From NCBI GenBank assembly GCA_964550945.1, contig CAZKBD010000009.1, forward strand, positions 1-36,498: DNA of 36,498 nt. The letters run 5' to 3'. Below are positions 28,201 through 35,900 of this stretch, one piece after another (positions within the stretch are counted from its first letter, which is position 1; each line of letters begins with the position of its first letter). Source of the DNA: an uncultured Methanosarcinales archaeon. Its GTDB lineage: Archaea > Nanobdellota > Nanobdellia > Woesearchaeales > CAZKBD01. Made by a program: the position numbers and the translations under genes. The notes beneath the pieces were generated by a model that did no database searches, had not been told where the DNA came from, and saw only the letters and a program-made list of their open reading frames with translations.

Positions 28201-29860
28201 CTCTGCTAGTCCATGTTATTACAAAATTATCCAACGAATTCAAACCTACATAGGGGTAACCGACAAAATTAGTTCCTTTATCAAAAATGGAGTAATTAAT
28301 AACCAAAAATTCATTTCCGATGCTGCTATTAAACTTAAACCTGTTCGCATAGAGGCCAGCCATACCCACCCAACTAGCCCTACCCCCCTCCCAAACAACA
28401 ATAAAATCACTTTCATTATCTAAAAAAATGTACGGTGAATAACCTATATCAGTTATTTTATTGATTCTAAATTTGTTTCCAATTTCATTTCCCAACAAGT
28501 CATACGCTTGTCCGGATATATCGTTATTCCCTTCCCTCCAAACAATTATAGAGTTTCCAGATTTATCGATTGCTGCAGAGGATAGATCAAAAGTTGTTTC
28601 AAACTCTTTGATACCGCTTTTGTTTGAATTAAATAACCTAGCGTGTTTTTTATAAATAACAATAAATTGGCCAGAGGGATTCATTGAGATAACAGGCCTC
28701 CCAAGCGGCATTCCAAAATAAAAGTCGTACGGGCATTCAATTGAATTTGCAAAAATTTCAAATTCATCCCCTATCCTATTACCATCAAAATCATATCCTT
28801 GCCCATATATGTTACATGAGCCATTACCGACATCACCCAACCATACACTAATGAAGTTTCCATTAGAATCCATCCCGACAGAAGGATGAGCCTGATCCAA
28901 AAAATTATTTGTATTGACTTGAAACTCATCACCTCTTCTGCTGTTATCACCATAAAACCTTTGACCGTAAATTCCAAAACCGCTTCCATCCTGGCCATCG
29001 CTTTGCCAAACCACAACAAACTCTCCATTAGGATCCTTTGCTATAGCAGGGGAACCTTGGTTGTTGGTGGTGTGGGTATTCACTCTAAATTTATTACCTA
29101 TCTTGTCCCCTAAACTGCTATATTTTTGACCATAAACATCAAATCCGCTACTTCCTTCACCTTCCCACACAATTATAAAATTTTTATCATTGTCTATTAC
29201 CATTTGAGGATCTAACTGATTATATTCCTGATCTGAACTCACATCAAATTTGATTGGGTTATTTAAAGGTGATTCACAACCATCTATCAATTCAGAGGAG
29301 CAGTATGACTCACAGACATCGCCAGGGTTGATACATGCATCAAGAGTACAATCATTACCATCAGAGCAGTCACTATCCGAATTGCATGATGGCTCTAGCC
29401 TAAATTTGCTCCCAGGACAACAATATCCTCCACTAACCAATATCTCACCACAAAAACATTGTCTCCCTACAGGTCCCAGGTTGCACTCCGGGGCAGATGA
29501 AGAATAACATGCAGCATAAGCTGTACTGCCCTCTAAACAGACGCCTCTGCTAGCGTTTGTACGGCAATCTACATCTGAAAGACACCGTGGAAATAAACAC
29601 GCACATTCTGCACCCTTTGCTAATTGGCCTTCTATACACCTACAGGAGATGGGTTCAGACCCCGTCACAATCCCTCCTTCTGTCGGCATATTATATCCGG
29701 TTAGTAAGTTTACCCTATTGGTCTTCTCAAAAGAGCCACTAGTATTTTTTTCGTTATTAACTATATTGTCACCTATATTTCTTGAATCTCCAGCTATACA
29801 GACAGATAACAGGATTAGAAGTATTGATATACAATTAGCCAAAAAAATATTTTTATCGAT
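25256..29860 (-). CDS. Large secreted multidomain zinc metalloprotease-like protein: Cys-rich N-terminus, beta-propeller-like repeats, NosD beta-helix, HExxH zincin, CARDB, tandem GWNL...GYW tail
   Basis: ORF from TTG 29842 in the track, open upstream to ATC at 29860, which follows a GGGGGGT RBS (start uncertain). Motifs FQVNT...QxxP...FVVVWQSDGQDGSGFGIYGQRF, VTHEMGHKFDLADQY and IDPGDLISERNETNN. Confidence 0.85.
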   Translation of the reverse strand: MDKNIFLANCISILLILLSVCIAGDSRNIGDNIVNNEKNTSGSFEKTNRVNLLTGYNMPTEGGIVTGSEPISCRCIEGQLAKGAECACLFPRCLSDVDCRTNASRGVCLEGSTAYAACYSSSAPECNLGPVGRQCFCGEILVSGGYCCPGSKFRLEPSCNSDSDCSDGNDCTLDACINPGDVCESYCSSELIDGCESPLNNPIKFDVSSDQEYNQLDPQMVIDNDKNFIIVWEGEGSSGFDVYGQKYSSLGDKIGNKFRVNTHTTNNQGSPAIAKDPNGEFVVVWQSDGQDGSGFGIYGQRFYGDNSRRGDEFQVNTNNFLDQAHPSVGMDSNGNFISVWLGDVGNGSCNIYGQGYDFDGNRIGDEFEIFANSIECPYDFYFGMPLGRPVISMNPSGQFIVIYKKHARLFNSNKSGIKEFETTFDLSSAAIDKSGNSIIVWREGNNDISGQAYDLLGNEIGNKFRINKITDIGYSPYIFLDNESDFIVVWEGGRASWVGMAGLYANRFKFNSSIGNEFLVINYSIFDKGTNFVGYPYVGLNSLDNFVITWTSRENKLFKILGKIYGASIPQSCLDNTPDNQCSSTKPLYCDNGDLINNCNVCGCDPSHFCNADGSCSECVIPEDNMDVTQSTIFCPGDYYLSNGISIGADNIAVNCNGAALIGTGSRSGISIKNRKGLTVKSCIVKYYVNGIEMDNSNYSVLTGNRLENNDQGIFSKDSNKNNIFYNNVSGSKYHGLYLVYSDENTIQDNDVYHNEAGIGLSANSHSNSIIHNNFCPANENIDFQLLTNNQGSNVGSSNKCDWPGMWNDAGREGCAERCTIQEEPSLTILILPFDWEGTFEEYKQEAYRVSHYFLERIPLHMCPEQFKFVIPEWKNYGLFWIDNQCDKYTSSYPLQPHCFDGLSTLGILKGCGDDYKSATGNNYDYIVGITDQDVAQGSLIVLCNYNVGGWASSINPSIIAQTDSVGIVTHEMGHKFDLADQYCDCWPLCGPGPGSPNPFDIRLGCDKSGSCCWSADLTPFCKRGCNGNFDIYGEDTDLDGFLDTGQRTTMSNLILSGEAGHYDSNEYAYFGLKPQLQCRTTQQKTFQTKVLERTSAENVSVIEISLVLYNNGSVSLENEGVTFGEPLTNDSQEGTYSFKISDNNNDTVYERNFEIYFVILSDPPEVTNSTWFYDRVGYKDSMKSVQLYHNNSLIFSKEINFCNNNSICEPGFWENFYGCPGDCISYAHDNICNNAEDNGCDPDCLSGIDPDCTDLYFSFVNLTQGSIREGETAIIEVVIENSGHNNLSNIFVEFDVDDDLYDIRNASITNNSRLNLEFDYNGTIGEHELSWIIDPGDLISERNETNNIENFNITLNKVFDIPLNTGWNLISTPLSLVNGTLPAPLSSIEGNYNVVFAYDANDVGNEWKSYNPARPAFLNNLTALSPNLGYWIDMTSDDVLELQGIVTSNTTFNLKQGWNLIGYPTLTETNAEELFAPLGDGLGTIFQYKAIDDGDEWKSYSPDRPSFLNTLNVVQPGYGYWVKVDEDTIPIIP
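25650..25762. repeat. 113-bp exact repeat shared with 23737..23849 and 30302..30414
   Basis: Encodes GWNLISTPLSLVNGTLPAPLSSIEGNYNVVFAYDAND in three genes, with identical codons. Confidence 0.95.
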
Positions 29861-29893
29861 TTTTACCCCCCAGAAATAGAAAGCCTTCTTGTT

Positions 29894-29907
29894 TATTTAA
29901 ACCTTTC
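29894..29907 (-). promoter_or_regulatory. BRE-TATA for the metalloprotease-like gene
   Basis: Minus strand GAAAGGTTTAAATA immediately after the upstream stop codon. Near-identical to GAAAGATTTAAATA at 71-84. Confidence 0.7.
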
Positions 29908-32900
29908 TCAGCTAATAGTCAAACTTCTATCATCATAAACCTTAACCCAATATCCATAACCCGGCTTCATTGTAGTTAGCGTATTCAGGAATGCTGGCCT
30001 TGCAGGATTATAAGACTTCCATTCATTGCCAACATCATCAGATTCATACATAAATACAACTTCTAAATCATCAGCTATACCATTAAACAGTATCTCAGCA
30101 TCTGTTTCATTGCGGGAAGGGTATCCAATCAAATTCCATCCTTGTTTTAGATTAAATGTTGTGTTTGATGTAACTATCCCTTGCAGCTCTAAACTATCAT
30201 CTGAGGTCATATCTATCCAATAGCCCAATTCAGGAGTAATCTCTGTTAAAGTATTCAAGAATCCAGGCCTTGCAGGATTAAAGCTCTTCCATTCATTTCC
30301 AACATCATTTGCATCATACGCAAAAACAACATTATAATTGCCTTCAATTGAAGACAACGGAGCAGGTAAAGTACCGTTAACTAAACTTAATGGTGTTGAG
30401 ATTAGGTTCCAGCCTTGAGTTAGATCAATGTTGAACTGAAAACACGCTTCATCAACTGTTCCGTCACAATCATTGTCTAATCCATCGCAAGATGCCTCTG
30501 GGTTTTCATAGTCAGATCCATAATCTGGATTAGTACAACCAAGCCACTCACCATTTGCACACGTTTCGATACTCCCTTCGCAAACCCCTTCCTGTAATGC
30601 GCAAAGCTGGGTTTCAAAATCATCGCAAACTATGCTATTATTGCTAACAGCAGAAACCTGCACATTATCTTGGACTCTCGTATTATTAGCATAATCAATG
30701 GGCATAACAGTATAATAATACATTTGGCCATCAGTTAAACCTCCACCTAAATCAGTGTATGTCGTATTTGTTTGCGACTGTATTTTATTTTTTTCACAAA
30801 TACCCTGCAGAGAAGCGGAGCAAGGCAAATCATTCCAATTTGCTCCAAATGGATATATCTCTGCACAGTCTTCATCACCCCAATTATTAGGCTCTCCATT
30901 GACCCAATTAGTATAATTAGATTCTCCATAAGCCCAAACAAAATTACCCTCTTGAACAATATCATTAAGACCAATCCATCTATCTTCTCCAGAATAAGTT
31001 GAAGCTAACCAGCTGTTTTCAGCCTCGTCATTTATTGTTACCAAATACCACCCTAAAGAAGTGCAGGAATCATTAGCTTCTTGCCAACTTCTACTGATTT
31101 CCGTTAATCTATAACAGCTACCAGAATATGAATCCCAACCATTAAGGCATACTTCTTCTTGTGTAATCCTCTGGCCAATCTGCCCGCTAATCTCTGACCT
31201 ATAAATCTCATAATAATACACGCCGCTAGCGGCATCATAAGGCTCTTCCCATCCTAATAATATATTGCCATGTTTCTTTGAAGTTGCGTTAATATTAGTA
31301 ACCGGCTCCGGAGCTGTTGTATCAACATTAACTCTATAATGCCCAATATTCCCTAAATTCCCCAATGTATCAACAGAAACAATATGGAAATACCATGTTC
31401 CATCATCAATATCATTAAATGAGGTAAAATTGCTTGTTGTGTAAGTTCCAGTCAAATTTGTTGGAACTGTATTCTCAACTTTATCAAAACTATAATAATG
31501 ACCCGCTATGCTGTCAGGATGCAGAACACCCCATTCTAAAGAAGGATCATTATTTTGATACCATTGTGTTTGGTTTGAGTGTGATGTTGAACTGACATTT
31601 GGTGCAGACGTGTCAATGTTTATCTGGTAATTAGAGGGGCTTGTTCCGACTTCACCCAATTCATTCTCAGAGACTATGTGGAAATACCACGTTCCATCAG
31701 CAATGTTTGTGAAGGTCACATTAGTGCTGGTTGTATAACTGCCTGTGGATGCAGTTGGAATAGTTGATTCGTTTTGGTCTAGGAGATAATAGTGAGCCAT
31801 TATTCCTTGATTGATTTCCCAATTAAGGCGTATATCTCTATTAGAATAATATTTTTCCTCAATAGGATGGGAAGGAGATATTACTAAAGGGACTAAGATA
31901 GCCGTTACTATAGTTCCATCTTGTCCATAGCCCCCCATACTGTTCCCACTTCCCCCATTAATTTTGATCTTTGAAGGATCTATATTAGAAATATAGCTAC
32001 AAAATATTTTTATTCTGCCTCCACCTCCACCTCCACCACCTCCCTGATCTTGTTGATCATAAAATCCCCCATAAATCCCATTACCTCCAATTGCACTAAT
32101 AAACCCCAATTGAATACAATCTACAGAGTGTATAAATATTCCTCCTCCACTCCCTCCTCCACTCCCCCCACTCTCCCCGTCCCCATCCCGACCATTCACT
32201 GAAATATTTCCATTAACTATCGTCGTATTTGTCACTAGTAATCTTATTTTTGCACCACCATTCCCACCTACATTACTAAACCCAGCACCACCTCCTGAAC
32301 CCATATCTAAAATAGTGGTGCTTTGATCGCCGTACTCNNNNNNNNNNCTAGGAGAACAAAAATACCCACCATCTCCCCCATTCCCACCGTATCCCCCTCC
32401 ACCCCCTCCATCACATCTCCAACCGGTCTCAGGACCCCAACAACTACAGCCTCCTCCTCTTCCACCCCCGGGACCCTCACTAAACTCCCCATAGGGGGAG
32501 GTTCCACCCCTATACCCTGCTCCATCACCATTTATCTGGCTTATTGGATCAATAAAAACATTATCAGCGTAAATCTCTAACTCTCCAGTTCCTTCTGTGC
32601 CATTGTAAGGTGTTACAAATAAAATCCCTCCATTTGTTATGCTAACATTTTTGTAATGATACACCCCATGCATTGTAACATTTACTCCATTAATTATCAG
32701 ATTGTCACCTGCAACATCAATCTCCCTGCTCTGGATATTGTTGGAATAATTTGCCTCCATAAAATCATTAAATGGCGAGATAATCACGATTACAGTATAA
32801 TCCCCATCCAAATCTGGAGCCCACACAACTGAAACCGTTTCTGTTCCTAAACCAGAAATATCAACAGTTGCGTTTCCTATTAGAATGTCCTCATATTGTC

Positions 32901-35900
32901 CATTGTAATAAAATTCAATTGCAGCATTATATGCACTTACATTCAGCAAATTATTAATAACCGCTTCTATTGTGACATTATCACCAACATAAGGGGTATC
33001 GTCAGAAAAGGTTATATTGTCAACAACTAAATCAGGATATTCCTCAACCCAAAACGAACTAACTTTTTCCCTTTCAAAATTGGTTCCATTTGCAGTGACT
33101 GTTAAATCATATTCTCCATTGATATTAGTTTCAGTGTAAACATTTGTATAGTTGCCGTCGTTTGCTATTAAATCATTGTGCGTTCCGTCGTCATACAAAT
33201 AAATTAGATTCTCGCTGGTATCAGGCTTTATTATGTTCACTACAATATTAGCGTTAGTTATTGGATTTGTATCATTTTTTAATTCAGCTGTAATAGTTAA
33301 TTGTTGATTTGAGTGTAAAACATAATCACTTAGTGAAACATCCATAGACATGCTTGATTCAACAAATGTATAGATTAAATATTCAACATTTTCAGTGACA
33401 TTGTAGCCAAAAACATTTAATGTCCATTCTCCCTGCAATGGATTGCCTATTTCATACGCTTGGGTATAGTCGCCATCTTCATAAGTTATATTAAAAAAGG
33501 CTGCGTTGTTTGGATCGATTAGTGTACCATTTGAATCAATTAAGGTAAAATTTAGGGTACCATTAAAATTCCCTAAAATAAACTCTACTGCATCGATATT
33601 TTGCAAATAGACTGTATGGTTTTTCCCTTGGCTTTGGCTAAGATTTCCAGATATTGAAGCCAGTTGCTGAGGAATTGGTTCAATGCCAAAAGATTTTTGT
33701 TGGAGTGGCGCAGTTTGGGACTCAAAATTATTTTCCAGTATATATCTAACCTCATTGTAAGGTTGTATATCATTGTGAAGTCCTTCATGATTGCTTCCAA
33801 AATTTGCTTGCTCAATTAAATCCAGTTTGACGCTATTTACTGCCACAAAACCATCATCCTCACCTGGCAATACCCAGCTGCCTAGTCCTCCATTGGTCCC
33901 AGCAATGGTGTACTGGTATATCCCGCTTGTTGTAATATCTTCACAGTTTTCTCTATGAGGATTATCGCAGTTAAGAGAATTAAGAAAATCATTGCCTGGT
34001 TTCATCTGAAAGAAAGCTTTCCCAGCTACATTTGTGCCAGTGACTCCTTTATAAGCCTCAGCAAAAAGATAAAAATAATTCGTTAATTCGGAACCATGAT
34101 TGGGTGTACCAAGCATTACAAGCTTTCTTACATCATCTTGATACAGGTCACTTCTCCTTGTATACCCTCTTGACACTAAGCCACCCATTGAATGAGCAAC
34201 TATATCAACATATTTGGCATTGTATTGGTTTTTTACATATCTTATTCTATTTTTTAATACCTCAGAATACCTTGAGATGTTGCCTCGTGCAGGTACATTA
34301 CTAACTTCTAGATCCATCACTTCAACAGTAAAACCATCATTTTCAAGCCTTTGCTTCATCACAGACCACGTCTCACTCATTGGATCAACTACATTGTAAC
34401 CATGCACCAGAATAACAGGAACAATGCAGCTATAATGGCAGCTTCCTCCGCAATCAACACCAGTCTCACCTAAGTTATTATCTTGATAATTATTATTGCA
34501 GCAATCCTGGTTAGCGCAGCTCCCCCCACAATCAATTCCTAGTTCATCACTGTCTTTAATGCCGTTTTCACATTGGCCCAGGCATAATCCCCCTCCACAA
34601 CCATATTGGCAATTTCCAACTAATCCTTCGTTAAAATATGAGTTATAGAAGCAGGAATTTCCAGAGCAACCCAAGTTATAACATGTTCTGTTATGGTAAA
34701 CGCTATTGCCTATGCAATAATTAGTGCCCCAACCATCACAATAACTATTGCCACATTCTTGGACTTTCTGCTCATCAGTATATGGGTTGTTAAAACAAGA
34801 GCTGCCAGAGCATCCTTTGTCATAGCATGTCCTTGAGTGATAAACATCATTATCTCTGCAAGAATTACCACCCCAGCCATCGCAATAATCGTCTCCACAA
34901 TCAGATCTTAATTGAGCTGAATCTGAATTGGAGCAGTATGAAGAAGGAGTTCCAGGATTATTGCATATATAAGTTCGGTAATTCTGATAAAGGTCATTAT
35001 TCGAGCACCAAGGTGAATCAACCCAGCCGTCTGTTCCGCAATCTGAATTTGAATCGCATGCTATGACCTCACATCCAAAATCATAATTGCATGTCGCATC
35101 ATTATCAGCGCATTTCTCTGTTGTAGTGCAGTCATCAGCTAATGCCCAAGCATCCCACTGCAAAGCTCCGTCACAGCCAGATGAAGTTCCAGAGCAATAT
35201 TTATCCTGATGCTGCACGCCAACATCATTACTGCAAGCTGTTCCCCAAGGGCATCCATAGTCTGTTGTCACATCTTCCTGGCATTTGTAAGTTGTTGGCC
35301 TGTAATTGCATCCATCGCAGCAAGTTCCTGATGTGCATACACAAGCACATACAGCATCATAATTGCAGCTTGAGTCATCATTCGCGCATTTCTCTGTTGT
35401 TGTGCAGTCATCATAAACAACAGGAGTATCCCACTGCAAAGCTCCATCACAACCAGTTGAAGAGCCAGAGCAATATTTATCTTGGTGCCTTACATAAACA
35501 TCCTGGCCACAGTTAGTTCCATCTGCACATTCATAATCTGTTGTAACATCTTCCTGGCATTTGTAGGTTGTTGACCTGTAATTGCAGCCATCGCAGCATG
35601 TTCCTGATGTGCAAACGCAAGGTGTTCCTCCAGAAACCCATTGCATATCCCATATAAAATCCACAGGAGACGTAAAGCTTTCAACTATCGAACCACTGGT
35701 TGTTACTTTATGAATACTGTCCCCAGGCGTGCTTATCCAAAAATATTGTCCATCCCATGCAAGACCAACTGGATATGAGAAAGCAAAGCCACCAACAACA
35801 GAGCCGCTAGTTGTAAGCTTATAAATGTAATTATCATCCATATCTGCAAGCCATAAGTAATCATCTGCATAAGTTAAACCTAAAGAAAAATCGCCGCCTG

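Noticed and set aside
15877..30435. Tail module as a classical dockerin, SLH or PGF/PEF-CTERM signal
   Set aside because: No DxNxDGxxxxxD EF-hand pair, SLH motif or TM helix. The cellulosome comparison is by analogy only.
1129..35684. The many 60-240 aa antisense or alternate-frame ORFs in the track (e.g. 2191..2799, 6855..7463, 13883..14611, 4201..4503)
   Set aside because: They overlap well-supported genes and lack RBS or motifs. The two identical 202-aa ORFs simply mirror the repeat.
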